From positions 175,944-239,943 of the forward strand of contig CAVWIP010000002.1 of NCBI GenBank assembly GCA_963755125.1: a stretch of DNA of 64,000 nt. Reading direction: 5' to 3'. Below, in pieces: positions 33,302-47,641 of the stretch (the stretch's first letter is position 1; every line of letters starts with the position of its first letter). The position numbers and the translations under genes are program-made. This DNA is from an uncultured delta proteobacterium (GTDB lineage Bacteria; Myxococcota_A; Polyangia; Fen-1088). The notes beneath the pieces are model-generated. The model saw only the letters and a list, made by a program, of their open reading frames with translations, did no database searches and was not told where the DNA came from.

Positions 33302-34831
33302 GTGACCAGCGAAGGCATCGCCCTCCCTGCCAACAGGCACAGGGGCCGCTTCGGCCTCCGGGCCCAAATCCTGCTTGGGCTGGCCGCCGTCACGCTCATC
33401 GCGATCCTCACCACCGGGTTTCTCGCCCTCTGGGCGGCCGGCAACACCCTGCGCGTTCATCGCGAGACCGAGGCCGTGACGTTGGCGTCTGCCTCGGCCA
33501 GGATGGCCGCCGCTCTCATGGACCGTCAAGGCGGGATCGCCTCGCCCGAGAGTCGGGAGCAGCTTCGGGCGGCCTTGTCCTCGTTGTCCGAACGATCGGG
33601 GGGCATCGGGTTCTCCGTGCTGTCGGCCGGCCGCACCGTGATCGCCTCCTGGCCGCCGCGTTCGGTCCGCGACGTTGATCCGCCGATTGCCAACAGTGTC
33701 GTGGCGGGGAGCCCGCCTGTGCTGCAGTACCGTGATTCGCCTGCCGACGGCGCCACGCAGTTGTTGGCCTACGCCGGTATCGAAAGCAAAGGACGAATCG
33801 TCGGCGCAATCCGCGTGGTGCTGGATGCGCCCGCACCGGTACACGTGGTGTTGAGGCGATCGGGCTGGCTGCTTCTCAGCCTGGTCTGCGGTGATGCGTT
33901 GCTGGTGCTGGCGCTGGGCTATTTCGTGCTGACCCAGATGGTGGTTCGGCCCCTGCGCGAGATGGAGCGGGCCACCGCGCAGGTTGGGGTGGGCGACTGG
34001 GACCAGCACATCGACCTGCCCGGCCCATCCGAGCTGAGCGCGCTGGCTAGTGCTTTCAACCAGATGACTTCGTCGCTGGCGGCCCAGCGCGAGCAACTGA
34101 TTCGCTCCGAGAAGCTCGCGTCGGTCGGGCAACTGGCGGCGGGCGTGGCACACGAGATCGGAAATCCGCTTGCGGCGATTTTGGGCTACGTCGATATCCT
34201 GCGTGCGGATGCGGCGGGGACCGGCGTCTTGCCCGACGCCGAGCGGCGTGATGCCCTCGACCGGGTCAAGACGGAAACCCAGCGTATCAACCGTATTATT
34301 CGCAACTTGCTCGAGTACTCGCGTCCCAGCCATGAAGAGCCGTCGCCCATCGATCCCCTCAACGTCGTGCGCTCGGCACAGGCGCTGCTCGCTCCCCAGG
34401 CCCGGCTGCGCGAGGTGCGCATAACGGCGACGCCGGACACAGGCCCGTGGCCCACGGTCATGGTGTCGCAGGGACGCATGACCCAGGTTTTGGTGAATCT
34501 TCTGCTCAACGCCGCCGATGCGATGGGCGGAAAGGGCGACGTGGCCGTCACCTGCGAGAGCATCGGGGAGCGGGTTCGCATTGCCGTCAGTGACGAAGGC
34601 CCTGGCATCGAGCGCGAACTGCGGCGCAAGGTGTTCGACCCCTTCTTCACCACCAAGCCACCTGGCCAGGGCACTGGGCTCGGGCTTTCGATCTCGCGAG
34701 CCATCGTGGAAACCTATGGCGGCACGCTCGAACTCGATCCCGAAGCGGTGGGTGGCGCCTGCTTCGTCATCGACCTGCCGGCGGCGCCGGGCCCGTCGCT
34801 GGCCGACGGCGGGTCGGCCCACAGCGCATGA
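33302..34831 (+). CDS. Membrane sensor histidine kinase (HAMP-HisKA-HATPase, NtrB-like)
   Basis: Two TM helices, HAMP, AHEIGNPL, NLLLNAADA, DEGPGI, FDPFFTTK, GTGLGL. Start approximate. Confidence 0.92.
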   Translation: MTSEGIALPANRHRGRFGLRAQILLGLAAVTLIAILTTGFLALWAAGNTLRVHRETEAVTLASASARMAAALMDRQGGIASPESREQLRAALSSLSERSGGIGFSVLSAGRTVIASWPPRSVRDVDPPIANSVVAGSPPVLQYRDSPADGATQLLAYAGIESKGRIVGAIRVVLDAPAPVHVVLRRSGWLLLSLVCGDALLVLALGYFVLTQMVVRPLREMERATAQVGVGDWDQHIDLPGPSELSALASAFNQMTSSLAAQREQLIRSEKLASVGQLAAGVAHEIGNPLAAILGYVDILRADAAGTGVLPDAERRDALDRVKTETQRINRIIRNLLEYSRPSHEEPSPIDPLNVVRSAQALLAPQARLREVRITATPDTGPWPTVMVSQGRMTQVLVNLLLNAADAMGGKGDVAVTCESIGERVRIAVSDEGPGIERELRRKVFDPFFTTKPPGQGTGLGLSISRAIVETYGGTLELDPEAVGGACFVIDLPAAPGPSLADGGSAHSA

Positions 34832-35400
34832 CGACCGGAGAGGGAGTCGCGTTGACCCGTACCGCGAAAAGAGAGGTGTTCAGCCTCGCTGCCCGCCTTG
34901 TGCTCGTCGCAGTCGCGTTGACCCAGGCCACACCGGCGGCCGCCGACAGCAGCACGGGTCTTGCGATTGGACCAAGTGTCGGCGCTGTTGTCGGGTCACC
35001 CACCCATATCGCCCCGGCGTTTGGCCTCGACGGTTCACTGGCGTTGGTGTCCGGTTCCATCATCACGCTGGCCAGTTCCGGAGGTTCCACTCTTGGGGTC
35101 CTGTGGATTTCGGGTGGCATCCTGTTGGGCACGAGCCCCACACAACTTTGGGGCTACGGGGAGATCGGGAGCTGGTTCTTCGTCTGCTACGGTGCAGGGG
35201 CCTCTGCGCGTCTCTATGGCAGCGCCGGAGGCAAGGGTGACGTCCATTTGTTCGTGGGGGTGCCCATCCCCCTGTCGCTTTCCAACCAGTCGACGCTCCC
35301 CTATCTGCAGCCGTACTACCGTGCACACTGGGCCGTCGATCCCAACTTTGGGTTCGACTTTCACGAGTTCGGTCTGCTGGTCAAATTGGGCTTCCGCTGA
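34828..35400 (+). CDS. Exported hypothetical protein, possible small outer-membrane beta-barrel
   Basis: ATGA overlap with the kinase; signal peptide; Gly/aromatic alternating strands ending LVKLGFR. Confidence 0.55.
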   Translation: MTTGEGVALTRTAKREVFSLAARLVLVAVALTQATPAAADSSTGLAIGPSVGAVVGSPTHIAPAFGLDGSLALVSGSIITLASSGGSTLGVLWISGGILLGTSPTQLWGYGEIGSWFFVCYGAGASARLYGSAGGKGDVHLFVGVPIPLSLSNQSTLPYLQPYYRAHWAVDPNFGFDFHEFGLLVKLGFR

Positions 35401-35610
35401 CCGTTGATCGATCACAAAAAGCGTGGCATTGGTGTGGAATTTCGTTAGAATGCTTGCAGAAGACACCCGGTGATCGACGAGCGCGACTGGCCGGTCGGCA
35501 GAGCCTCAAACAAAGGTGCGAACTTGGCGGAGCTACCAGCGCAGGCCGCGCGGCCAGCGCGACCAGGGCCGGGGCGGTCTGAGCCACGCGAACCTCGAGG
35601 TGGGGTCTTG

Positions 35611-36375
35611 CTAGTTCAGCCGGCACTCAAGCACCAGCACCGTGATGTTGTCGGGGCCACCGGCCTTGTTGGCCGCTTCCACCAGCTTGTGGGCAGCATC
35701 GTCCAGGTCGACCCCCACCTTGAGCAGGTCGCGGAAAGTCGGAGGCTCGACCACACCCGACAGTCCATCAGAGCAGAGCAGAAAGATGTCGCCGTCCTTA
35801 ACCTCGGCGGCCGAGATGTCGACCTGTACCGTGTCCTTCATGCCGAGCGCGCGGGTGATCACGTTGCGGTGCGGAAACTTCTTCTGCTCGTCCTCCGACA
35901 TGCCCGGCCGGGCCTCCTTGTAGTCCTCAAGCAACGAGTGGTCCCGCGTGAGTTGCTCGGCGACACCATCGCGGATTCGATAGCAACGTGAATCCCCGAC
36001 GTGGGCGATGTAGAACTTGTCCTCGAATATCTGACCGATGACCACGGTCGTGCCCATGCCGGTCATGCGCACGTCACGGGTGGCGGCTTCGTGGATTCTC
36101 CTGTTGGCGTGCTTGATGGCCACCACCAGGCGGTTCTCCAGGTATGACAGCGCCCGGTCCATCTTGTACGGCCAGGTGGCGTCGTCGTCTCGGGAACGGG
36201 CGAAAAACTCGCGGATCATGTCGGCGGCCATTTTCGAGGCCACCTCGCCGCTGGCATGGCCACCCATTCCGTCGGCGACCAGGAAGAGCTGCTCATCCTC
36301 GATGAGGCAGAAGTAGTCCTCGTTGTGGTTGCGTTTCAGCCCGGGATCCGTCTTGGCGGCATAGCGGATATGCAT
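35611..36375 (-). CDS. PP2C-family Ser/Thr phosphatase (Stp1-like)
   Basis: [47 protein letters not shown]. Confidence 0.93.
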   Translation of the reverse strand: MHIRYAAKTDPGLKRNHNEDYFCLIEDEQLFLVADGMGGHASGEVASKMAADMIREFFARSRDDDATWPYKMDRALSYLENRLVVAIKHANRRIHEAATRDVRMTGMGTTVVIGQIFEDKFYIAHVGDSRCYRIRDGVAEQLTRDHSLLEDYKEARPGMSEDEQKKFPHRNVITRALGMKDTVQVDISAAEVKDGDIFLLCSDGLSGVVEPPTFRDLLKVGVDLDDAAHKLVEAANKAGGPDNITVLVLECRLN

Positions 36376-36505
36376 AGTCAGCCGGTACAGTTGAGCGTTG
36401 TCCATCGCTTCTGTCAACCTCGGAGCGCGCGATGGCGTGCGGTCGTGCTGCCAGAGCGTTTCCCTTGTTGACGGTCTGTCGTCCCGTGGATAAGGTACTG
36501 AACGA

Positions 36506-37897
36506 ATGTCTATCCCTCCGCGGGGCAAGGAGCGCAAGGTTGCGGCCAAAAAAACCGCAGCCAAGATCTCTCCGCCCACAAGACCAGCAGCCGCCAATTC
36601 TTCCGATGCCCACGCGTCGGCGACGTCCGTCGTGGCGCCGCACACCGCAGCCATCTTGGCCATTGGGGACGAGGTTCTGCGCGGCGAGATCACCAACAGC
36701 AACGCGACGTTCCTGGCCGAACGCTTGTTCGATGCGGGTCTCGAGGTTTGCGAACAGCGGGTGGTGGCTGACGAGGCCGCGGCGATGCGGCTTGCTCTGG
36801 AAGAGTTGGCGCGTCGCGCTGCGGTTGTCGTGGTGAGCGGCGGGCTTGGTCCGACAGAGGATGATCGGACCGTGGATGTGGTGGCCGATCTGCTCGGGGT
36901 CAAGGCGGACCCGCACAGCGCTTCACTCGATGCCATGAAGAAGCGCTTTGCCGCGCATGGATTCGAGCTGACGCCCAACAACTTGCGCCAGGTGCGCGTG
37001 CCCCACGGCGCCGAGGCGCTGCCCAACGAGGCCGGCATCGCGCCTGGCTTCCTCGTTCGCATCGCGGGCCACGCGGTCTACTTCTTGCCGGGCATCCCGC
37101 GGGAGATGGAGCGGATCTACCTTGACCACGTGGCGCCCAGGCTGCGGGCTCACATGGCCGCGCAGAAGGTGCCGGTCGCGGCGGTGCGCACCTGGCACGT
37201 GTACGGCATGGGCGAATCGCACATCGACCACCGTCTGGCCAAGTTGCTGGAAAACGTTCCCCATGCGACCCTGCACTTTCGCACCGACGCGCCCGAGAAC
37301 CACGTCAAGGTGGTGATCCGTGGGCCCGACACGGGCAAGAACCAGGAGTTGCTGGAGCAGGTGGATCGCGAGCTGCGAAAACGTATTGGACCCGGGATCT
37401 ACGGCATAGACGGTGAAACCTTCCCGAAGGTGGTCGGGCAAGCCCTGCGCGCATCCGGCACCACGCTGGCACTAGCCGAGTCGTGTACTGGCGGTGAGGC
37501 AGGGGAGATGATCACCGCCGAACCCGGCGCGAGCGATTTCTTCCTGGGCAGCGTGGTGGCCTACGCCAACGATGTGAAAGTCAACGTCCTGGGTGTGAAG
37601 GCCGCCACCATCGCCGAGTCTGGGGCGGTCAGCGAGCCCTGCGCCAAGGAGATGGCAGAAGGGGCGAGGCGCGTGACCGGCGCCAGCATCGCGGTTTCCA
37701 TCACCGGCGTGGCGGGTCCGGCGCACGAGCGCGACTCGTCGGGCGGGGGTGAGAAGCCGGTGGGCACGGTGTGCTTCGGTCTGGCCAGCGCCAAGCCCAC
37801 CAAGGCCGTCAGCAAACTCTTCAGCGGCGACCGGGCGCGCATCCGGCGGGCAGCGGCCTACTTCGCTCTCGACCTCGCGCGCCGATACGCCCAGTGA
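36506..37897 (+). CDS. cinA: Competence/damage-inducible protein A (MoCF domain + NMN deamidase PncC)
   Basis: [39 protein letters not shown]; directly upstream of recA. Start uncertain. Confidence 0.92.
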   Translation: MSIPPRGKERKVAAKKTAAKISPPTRPAAANSSDAHASATSVVAPHTAAILAIGDEVLRGEITNSNATFLAERLFDAGLEVCEQRVVADEAAAMRLALEELARRAAVVVVSGGLGPTEDDRTVDVVADLLGVKADPHSASLDAMKKRFAAHGFELTPNNLRQVRVPHGAEALPNEAGIAPGFLVRIAGHAVYFLPGIPREMERIYLDHVAPRLRAHMAAQKVPVAAVRTWHVYGMGESHIDHRLAKLLENVPHATLHFRTDAPENHVKVVIRGPDTGKNQELLEQVDRELRKRIGPGIYGIDGETFPKVVGQALRASGTTLALAESCTGGEAGEMITAEPGASDFFLGSVVAYANDVKVNVLGVKAATIAESGAVSEPCAKEMAEGARRVTGASIAVSITGVAGPAHERDSSGGGEKPVGTVCFGLASAKPTKAVSKLFSGDRARIRRAAAYFALDLARRYAQ

Positions 37898-37911
37898 TGT
37901 AGGAGACTCGC

Positions 37912-39084
<1,173 letters not shown>

Positions 39085-39112
39085 GCAGAGACGGCCCAAC
39101 GTGGCCGCAAGA

Positions 39113-39190
39113 GGTCGTGCCCGTGGTCGTGGCCGACGGTGATCGCTTCCGGCCACGGCCACGACTACGACTACGTCCACGACCACCACC
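39113..39190. repeat. REP-like palindromic element, copy 1
   Basis: Core CGTGGTCGTGGCCGACGGTGATCGCTTCCGGCCACGGCCACG (39122-39163) with GTCGTG/CACGAC-type hexamers; second copy at ~45709. Confidence 0.7.
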
Positions 39191-39345
39191 GATCCCCCAG
39201 ATTGGGTGCGGAACTTGAATCATGGAAAGGTCTATTCGCCCGAAACCGTCCGGCCGCGTGCGCCGGTCGTCGCACGATCGGGGCAGACAATATTTCGGCG
39301 GAAATCTTGTCGCGCCGGGGTCCGGTGCATATTACGATCCCTACA

Positions 39346-41775
39346 ATGGCTGCCAAGAAACCCGGCCCCGAGAGCCCCATAGAGATTCCCGAGATCATCG
39401 CAGTGCTACCGTTGCGCAACTCGGTGCTGTTTCCCGGGTCGATCATACCCATCGACGTGGGTCGCAAGAAATCGGTGAAGCTGGTCGAGGAGGCGATCTC
39501 GAAAGAGAGGCCGGTCATCGGCATCGTCACGCAACGTGATGCTCGCACCGAGGATCCCGGCCCCGCCGACCTCTACACCGTGGGCTGCGCAGCCCGCATC
39601 CTCAAGGTGATCAAGCTGGCCAAGGACAGCTTCTCGGTGATCCTGCAGGGGATTGCGCGCGTCCGGCTGTTGGAGACCGGGGCGCAGGATCCGTTCATGA
39701 CGGCCAAGGTGCAGGTGCTGCCTGACCCGCTCGGCTCCAATCTCGACCTGGACGCGTTGGTGCTCAACCTCAAGGACGTGGTCAAGCGTGTGTTCAAGCT
39801 CATGCCGGAGTTGCCCAAGGAGGCTTCCACGCTCATCGACAGCGTGACCGAGCCCGGGCAGATCGCCGACCTCATCACCTCGAATCTGGACGTCCAGGTC
39901 GACGAAAAACAAGAGATCCTCGAGATTTTCGAGCTCAAGGCCAGGCTGCGGCGCGTGCTGCAGTTCCTTTCGCGCCAGCACGAGGTGCTCAAGGTGCGCG
40001 AGAAGATCAACACCCAGGTGCAGGAGGAGATGGGGCGCAACCAACGCGAGTATGTCCTGCGCCAGCAGCTCAAGGCCATCAAGGAGGAACTGGGCGAGAT
40101 CGACGAGACGGGCGGCGATCTGGACGACTTCCGGGAAAAGATCGCGGCGGCCAAGATGCCCGGCGAGACCGAGAAGGTGGCGCTCAAGCAACTGGAGCGG
40201 CTCAAGGTCATGCAGCCATCCTCGGCCGAGTACACGGTGACACGCACCTATCTGGAATGGCTGGTCGAGCTGCCGTGGGCGATTTCGACCGAGGACAAGC
40301 TGGATATCCCGGCAGCTCGCGACATTCTCAACGCCGACCACTACGACCTGGAGAAGGTCAAGAAGCGCATCCTGGAGTACCTGGCAGTGCGCAAGCTGAA
40401 GACCGACAAGAAAGGGCCGATCCTCTGCCTGGTGGGGCCGCCCGGCGTGGGCAAGACGTCGCTGGGCAAGTCCATCGCGCGCGCCCTGGGCCGCAAGTTC
40501 ATGCGCGTGTCGCTGGGTGGGGTGCGCGATGAGGCCGAGATCCGCGGTCACCGCCGCACCTACGTGGGGTCGCTGCCCGGGCGAATCGTGCAAGGCATGA
40601 AGAAGGCGGGATCGAACAACCCGGTGTTCATGCTCGACGAGATCGACAAGCTGGGGCACGACTTCCGCGGGGATCCGGCCGCGGCTTTGCTGGAAGTCCT
40701 GGACCCGGAGCAGAACCACGCCTTCTCGGACCACTACCTGGAGGTGTCGTTCGATCTGTCCAAGGTCATGTTCATCGCCACGGCCAACATCCTCGACCCG
40801 GTTCCGCCGGCTTTGCGCGATCGTCTCGAGGTGCTGGAGATTCCGGGCTACACCAGCGAAGAGAAGCTGAACATCGCCAAACAGTTCCTCATCAAGAAGC
40901 AACTGGACGAGCACGGACTGGGCGGTGAGCGCGTGATTTTCGAGGACGCCGCGGTCAGCGAAGTCATCGACAGCTACACGCGCGAGGCGGGCGTGCGCAA
41001 CCTCGAGCGTGAACTGGCCAACGTCATTCGGGCGGTGGCGGTGCTGGTGGCGGAAGAGAAGGCCACGGAAAAAGAGACGATCACCATGGCGCGCGTGCCC
41101 GATTTTCTGGGCCCGCAGAAGTTCCTGCCCGAGGTGGCCGAGCGCACCGCCGAGGCGGGCGTCGCCACCGGGCTGGCCTGGACGCCGGTGGGCGGCGATA
41201 TCTTGTTTATCGAAGCGACTCGTATGAACGGCAAGGGCAATCTGGTGCTGACCGGGCAGCTTGGCGACGTGATGAAAGAGTCGGCGCAAGCCGCGCTGTC
41301 GTTCATCCGCGCCCGCGCGCGCTGGCTGGGGCTCGACGAAGTATTCCTCGAGCGCAGTGACCTGCACCTGCACATCCCGGCTGGGGCCATTCCCAAGGAT
41401 GGCCCGTCCGCAGGCGTGACGATGTTCGTGGCCATGGTTTCGTTGCTGACCGGAAAACCGGTGCGCAGCGACGTGGCCATGACCGGCGAGATCACCCTGC
41501 GTGGTCTGATTCTCCCGGTGGGCGGCATCAAGGAGAAGTTCCTAGCCGCGCACCGTGCCGGCATCAAGCGCGTCGTCATGCCGGAGCGCAACCGCAAGGA
41601 CATCATCGATATCCCCGAACAGCCGCGCAAGGAGATCGAGATCATTTTCGTCAAGCGCATGGACGAGCTTCTGCCTCTCGTTTTGACCGAGATGCCCAAG
41701 CTGCAAGGAACGATGTCGAGCGCCGTGACCCCGGCGCCGTCGACGCCGGCGCCACCGATGCCGCCCTCGGCCTAG
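39346..41775 (+). CDS. lon: ATP-dependent Lon protease
   Basis: [28 protein letters not shown], catalytic [17 protein letters not shown] 39346. Confidence 0.97.
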   Translation: MAAKKPGPESPIEIPEIIAVLPLRNSVLFPGSIIPIDVGRKKSVKLVEEAISKERPVIGIVTQRDARTEDPGPADLYTVGCAARILKVIKLAKDSFSVILQGIARVRLLETGAQDPFMTAKVQVLPDPLGSNLDLDALVLNLKDVVKRVFKLMPELPKEASTLIDSVTEPGQIADLITSNLDVQVDEKQEILEIFELKARLRRVLQFLSRQHEVLKVREKINTQVQEEMGRNQREYVLRQQLKAIKEELGEIDETGGDLDDFREKIAAAKMPGETEKVALKQLERLKVMQPSSAEYTVTRTYLEWLVELPWAISTEDKLDIPAARDILNADHYDLEKVKKRILEYLAVRKLKTDKKGPILCLVGPPGVGKTSLGKSIARALGRKFMRVSLGGVRDEAEIRGHRRTYVGSLPGRIVQGMKKAGSNNPVFMLDEIDKLGHDFRGDPAAALLEVLDPEQNHAFSDHYLEVSFDLSKVMFIATANILDPVPPALRDRLEVLEIPGYTSEEKLNIAKQFLIKKQLDEHGLGGERVIFEDAAVSEVIDSYTREAGVRNLERELANVIRAVAVLVAEEKATEKETITMARVPDFLGPQKFLPEVAERTAEAGVATGLAWTPVGGDILFIEATRMNGKGNLVLTGQLGDVMKESAQAALSFIRARARWLGLDEVFLERSDLHLHIPAGAIPKDGPSAGVTMFVAMVSLLTGKPVRSDVAMTGEITLRGLILPVGGIKEKFLAAHRAGIKRVVMPERNRKDIIDIPEQPRKEIEIIFVKRMDELLPLVLTEMPKLQGTMSSAVTPAPSTPAPPMPPSA

Positions 41776-41780
41776 ACGAA

Positions 41781-43556
41781 TCAAAGTAGCCAGATGGCTA
41801 GATGAACGCGCAATCCACCATTGCGAAGCTCGTGGGTCTTGATTGGGGTCCGCCGGGCTCCCGCCGCCACCGCCGCGACGAACGCGGGATTTGGACACAG
41901 CACGCCCGCGCGCCAGCCCCGGTAGCACGCGGCCGCCGTTCTTCCCAGCTCGCGCGCTAGACGGTTGGCTTGCCCGTGGTCGCCCAGCCGGTGACCGTAG
42001 GGCGGGTTGACGAGGAGAAGTCCCGCTCGGGCTGGGATCTCGCCTTCGCCAAATACGGCAGTCGCTAAACCAACGTCGTTTTGCACCTTCGCGCGCTCGG
42101 CATTGCGGCGAGCGGTGTCCACGGCGCGCACGTCTCGATCCGTGGCGAGAATAGGGGCGGGCACGCTTGGCAGTGGCACAGCCGAATCGCGCAAGGCCTG
42201 CCATGAAGATGCCTCGTGGACAGGCCAGCGTTCAAAGGCAAACGGGCGAGCCAGGCCGGGCGCCATCTTGCGCGCCATGGCCGCGGCCTCGATGGCGATA
42301 GTGCCTGCGCCGCACATGGGATCCACGAGCGGCGACGCGGGATCGTATTCGCACAGGGCCAGCAGGCCCGCGGCCAAGGTTTCGCGCAGGGGCGCGCGTC
42401 CAGCTTCCAGACGCCAGCCGCGGCGGTGCAGAAGTGAGCCTGAAGAATCGATGCTGGCCGTGAAGCGATCGTCCTGTCCGCGCAGAAGGATTCGCGTACG
42501 GTCGTCGTCTTCGGTCGGCACGGGCGGTTTCTGGGGCAGCTTGCCCACACAGTCGGCAATCGCCAGTTCCACCGTCTCGGCCAAGGCGCCCGTGTGGTAC
42601 AGGCGGCAGTGGCTGGTCGAGACGTCGATGCGCAGGGCGCGGTCGCGCGGGACGTAGCTTTGCCACGGCAGACCAGCCAGGTCTCGGCGCAGCGGCGCGA
42701 AGTCGCGCGCCTTCACTTCGCCCATGCGCAGCACGATGCGGGTGGCGATGCGGCTGTGCAGATTGGCGGCCATGCCGGCGGCTAGGGTTCCCGAGAACTC
42801 GACCCCGCCGTCAACCACGCTGGGCTTACCAATCGCCGAAAGCATGGCCAATTCGGCACACAAGACTTGTTCCAGGCCGGGCGACGCAACCGCAAACCAG
42901 TGCAGCTCGCCCGGAACCTGCGAGGACTTCTTCTTCTGCGGACGCGCGGGCTTGCGCTCGCCGATCTTGGGCATGCTCTCGGGGCGGCCGGCAAAGTGCA
43001 GGTGGGCCAGGATTTCAACGGTCCCGCTGCCACCAGCCACAGGCGAATCCACGCATCCCAGCAGCTCGAAGCCGAGGCGCTCGGCCTTTGCGCGAAAGGT
43101 TTCGACAGCGCGCTTGCGCAGTTCCACAGCGTCGACTCTGCCGTCCTTCACCAGATGGCTGGGTAACTCGAACTGCGGTTTGACCAGGACGACGCCCTCC
43201 GCGTCCGGCCGCAGCCGAAAGGCCAGGCCGCGCAACATGCTTCGCGCGGCCACGAAGCTGACATCCACGGTGAAGAAATCGAAAGGTCCAGGCGCCACAT
43301 CCAGCGACAAGGTTTTGAAGTCGGTGCGTTCCAGGCTGGTCACGCGCCGGTCGCCAGCCAGGGCGGCCAGAAGCTGCCCGTGTCCCACGTCAACCGCGGT
43401 CACATGGCCAGCGCCCTGTTCGAGCAGAACCGCGACGAACCCGCCGGTAGACGCGCCCAGGTCGAGAGCGTTGGCTCCGCGCACGGCTGCCGCCAGCTTG
43501 AAGTGCGCGAACGCGGCTTCCAGCTTGCGTCCGCCGCGCGTGTGATCCCCGGTCAT
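41781..43556 (-). CDS. Fusion of a TlyA-type (FtsJ-fold) RNA 2'-O-methyltransferase domain and a THUMP/RlmL-type N-methyltransferase
   Basis: N-terminal: RGGRKL, DLGASTGGF, AVDVGHGQL, DVSF, LVKPQFE. C-terminal: FAVASPGLE, ANLHSRIATR, SSGSLLHRRGWR, APLRETLAAG, DPMCGAGT, NPPYG. One uninterrupted 591-aa ORF. Confidence 0.85.
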   Translation of the reverse strand: MTGDHTRGGRKLEAAFAHFKLAAAVRGANALDLGASTGGFVAVLLEQGAGHVTAVDVGHGQLLAALAGDRRVTSLERTDFKTLSLDVAPGPFDFFTVDVSFVAARSMLRGLAFRLRPDAEGVVLVKPQFELPSHLVKDGRVDAVELRKRAVETFRAKAERLGFELLGCVDSPVAGGSGTVEILAHLHFAGRPESMPKIGERKPARPQKKKSSQVPGELHWFAVASPGLEQVLCAELAMLSAIGKPSVVDGGVEFSGTLAAGMAANLHSRIATRIVLRMGEVKARDFAPLRRDLAGLPWQSYVPRDRALRIDVSTSHCRLYHTGALAETVELAIADCVGKLPQKPPVPTEDDDRTRILLRGQDDRFTASIDSSGSLLHRRGWRLEAGRAPLRETLAAGLLALCEYDPASPLVDPMCGAGTIAIEAAAMARKMAPGLARPFAFERWPVHEASSWQALRDSAVPLPSVPAPILATDRDVRAVDTARRNAERAKVQNDVGLATAVFGEGEIPARAGLLLVNPPYGHRLGDHGQANRLARELGRTAAACYRGWRAGVLCPNPAFVAAVAAGARRTPIKTHELRNGGLRVHLAIWLL

Positions 43557-43670
43557 GGGCCGACGAATCTACGTGCTTTCACGCCTGACACCACTTGAAC
43601 CTGAGAACTGCACACTGGAAACGAGCTGTTTGGTTGGGACGCCGCAAAGCGTGAACACCTGACCCGCTCC

Positions 43671-43699
43671 TTGACGCGTGAGAGGGCGGTGCTTACTGT
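43671..43699 (+). promoter_or_regulatory. sigma70-type promoter of dnaK
   Basis: TTGACG-N17-TACTGT, about 50 bp upstream of the dnaK ATG. Confidence 0.55.
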
Positions 43700-43748
43700 A
43701 CGCCCGCGACTGACAATCGAATTTCCATCCCACGAAAAGGACAAGCAA

Positions 43749-45664
<1,916 letters not shown>

Positions 45665-45674
<10 letters not shown>

Positions 45675-45692
45675 TCTCGAAGGAATAGTCTC
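45665..45692 (+). repeat. Exact 14-bp tandem duplication spanning the dnaK stop codon
   Basis: GAAGGAATAGTCTC at 45665-45678 and 45679-45692. Confidence 0.85.
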
Positions 45693-45708
45693 GCGGTTCC
45701 GCTGAAGA

Positions 45709-45771
45709 TCGTGGTCGTTTTCGTGGTCGTGGCCGATGGTGATCGCTCCGGCCACGACAACGTCCACGACC
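45709..45771. repeat. REP-like palindromic element, copy 2
   Basis: Core CGTGGTCGTGGCCGATGGTGATCGCTCCGGCCACGACAACG (45722-45762), near-identical to 39122-39163. Confidence 0.7.
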
Positions 45772-45842
45772 TACTCCTTCTGTCATCGCGGAGATAGGTT
45801 GGAGGCAGTCGACTGGCGAGCCCCGTCGGGGTATGGTCGGTC

Positions 45843-46937
45843 ATGCATCCGATCCTGCTGCAGCTCCCCTCGAAGGTCCTCTTCGTCGCGGCGCTGGTCT
45901 TGGCGGTGGTGTCTTTCGTGCGCAATCAGGTGCAGCGCCGGCGCAACCCCAAGGTGCCGTCGACCTCCACACCGATGCTGCTGGTGGCGGGCGCGTGGGC
46001 GCTGCTGGGACTGCGAGGCGGAACCTGGATTCCCTCGGCCGGAGTGTTCGGCAAGCCGTGGCTGCCTGTGCCTATCTTCTCCTATGGCGTGATGTTGACC
46101 ACCGGCTTCGTGGTCGGCTGGTTCGTGGCCATGCGGCTGGCCCGCAAGGACGGCATCCGCGACGAAGACGCCGGCGCCATCTACATGTGGACCGCGGTTT
46201 GGTCGATCGTGGGGGCGCGCGTGCTCTACGTCATCACGCAGTGGCAGGAGTTTTCCAATCCGGTGGACATCGTCATGCTCAACAAGGGCGGCCTGGTCGC
46301 GTATGGCGGGATGCTGGGTGGGTTTGCGGCAAGCTGGTATGGTTGCCACCGGCGCAAGATCGAGCTGTTGCGCTGGGCTGACGTGTCCGCGCCCTCGGTG
46401 GTGCTGGGCACGGCGATAACCCGCGTCGGGTGCCTGCTGTTCGGCTGCGACTACGGCAAGGTGTCGCACGTGCCGTGGGCCATTCGCTTCCCCAAGGACG
46501 CGCCGGCCTGGAAGGACCACGTGTACAGCATGCATGCGCTCGCTCCGGACGCGGCGTGGTCCCTGCCTGTCCACCCCACGCAGATCTACGAAACTCTGAC
46601 CGGGCTCGCGCTCTTTGGCCTGCTCATGTTCTTGCGTCGCGTGCGCAACTTTTCCGGCGAGGTGTTTCTGGGCTGGGTGCTGGGCTACGGTATCATGCGC
46701 CCCATCATCGAGATCTATCGCGGCGACGACGACCGCGGCAGCGTGGGAATCCTGTCGACCTCGCAGTTCATCGGCCTGGCCTCGGTGGTGGCGGGCCTGG
46801 GACTGCTCGTCTATCTGATCAAACGCTACCGGGCTGATCCGGCCGCCGCGCGGCTGTGGGAGATTCCCCTTCCGACCCAGGCCAAGGCCGAGCCGGCGTC
46901 GCACGAACGGTCGCGTAGGCGCCGCAATAACCGCTGA
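45843..46937 (+). CDS. lgt: Prolipoprotein diacylglyceryl transferase
   Basis: [44 protein letters not shown]. Confidence 0.9.
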   Translation: MHPILLQLPSKVLFVAALVLAVVSFVRNQVQRRRNPKVPSTSTPMLLVAGAWALLGLRGGTWIPSAGVFGKPWLPVPIFSYGVMLTTGFVVGWFVAMRLARKDGIRDEDAGAIYMWTAVWSIVGARVLYVITQWQEFSNPVDIVMLNKGGLVAYGGMLGGFAASWYGCHRRKIELLRWADVSAPSVVLGTAITRVGCLLFGCDYGKVSHVPWAIRFPKDAPAWKDHVYSMHALAPDAAWSLPVHPTQIYETLTGLALFGLLMFLRRVRNFSGEVFLGWVLGYGIMRPIIEIYRGDDDRGSVGILSTSQFIGLASVVAGLGLLVYLIKRYRADPAAARLWEIPLPTQAKAEPASHERSRRRRNNR

Positions 46938-47022
46938 TCGGTGCCGACACGACTGACGGGCTCACGCTGCGGCAGGAATTGGGGTATAACCTGCCTCAAA
47001 ACAACGACGTGAGGGGGCGATC

Positions 47023-47604
47023 ATGAGTCTCAAGCGCAGCCACGCGGCGGGCGTCCGCACGAGCTTTACAGGCGGCAGCGATTCCGGCGGCAAGCTGGGC
47101 CGGCAGGAGCTGTACGACGAGCTGAAGAAGCTGGCCCAGTCTGGCCAGGTTTTCGCGCCGGTCGACATCGCCTTGGCCATTGGCGCCGGTGAGGCGCTGG
47201 TCTCGCGATCGCTCATCGGCCTGGCGGCTGAGGGCTACCTGGAAAAGATCGACACGGGCAAGTACAAGGCCACGCCGTTCGCGGAGATCCCCCAGGCCGA
47301 GTTCCTCAAAGCCCTGGCCCGGGCGTCCAAGACCGATTCCACACGCCAGCGCGACCTGTCCGAGATTGCTCGCTTGAAGCAGAACAACGACGTGATGCGT
47401 GCCAAGTTGCTTGCCGCCATCGCAGAGCGGGATCACTACCTGGCGGCCCTCAGGCAGCACGGCATCGACGCCGGTCCCGCGCCCGTGCCAGCGGCCGTGT
47501 CCACCGAGGATGCGCCGGCCGCGGCGCAGAATGCGCCTGTGCCCGAGCAGACCGCGGCAGGCTCGCCGACTCCGTCGAGTGGAAGCGGCGACGGCAACTC
47601 GTGA
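47023..47604 (+). CDS. Hypothetical protein, winged-helix-like domain + coiled coil
   Basis: RBS GAGGGG; DIALAIGAGEALVSRSLIGLAAEGYLEKIDTGKY wHTH pattern, then a heptad helix and a low-complexity tail. Confidence 0.7.
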   Translation: MSLKRSHAAGVRTSFTGGSDSGGKLGRQELYDELKKLAQSGQVFAPVDIALAIGAGEALVSRSLIGLAAEGYLEKIDTGKYKATPFAEIPQAEFLKALARASKTDSTRQRDLSEIARLKQNNDVMRAKLLAAIAERDHYLAALRQHGIDAGPAPVPAAVSTEDAPAAAQNAPVPEQTAAGSPTPSSGSGDGNS

Positions 47605-47641
47605 TCCGGACGGGTCGTCCCGCACGCCGCAAAGAGCCGCC

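Noticed and set aside
35429..35444. sigma54-like TGGCATTGGTGTGGAA
   Set aside because: The -12 element is GA without TTGC, and no plus-strand gene follows.
43669..43696. CIRCE (HrcA) element upstream of dnaK
   Set aside because: Only a degenerate right half (CGGTGCTTA); the left half does not match TTAGCACTC.
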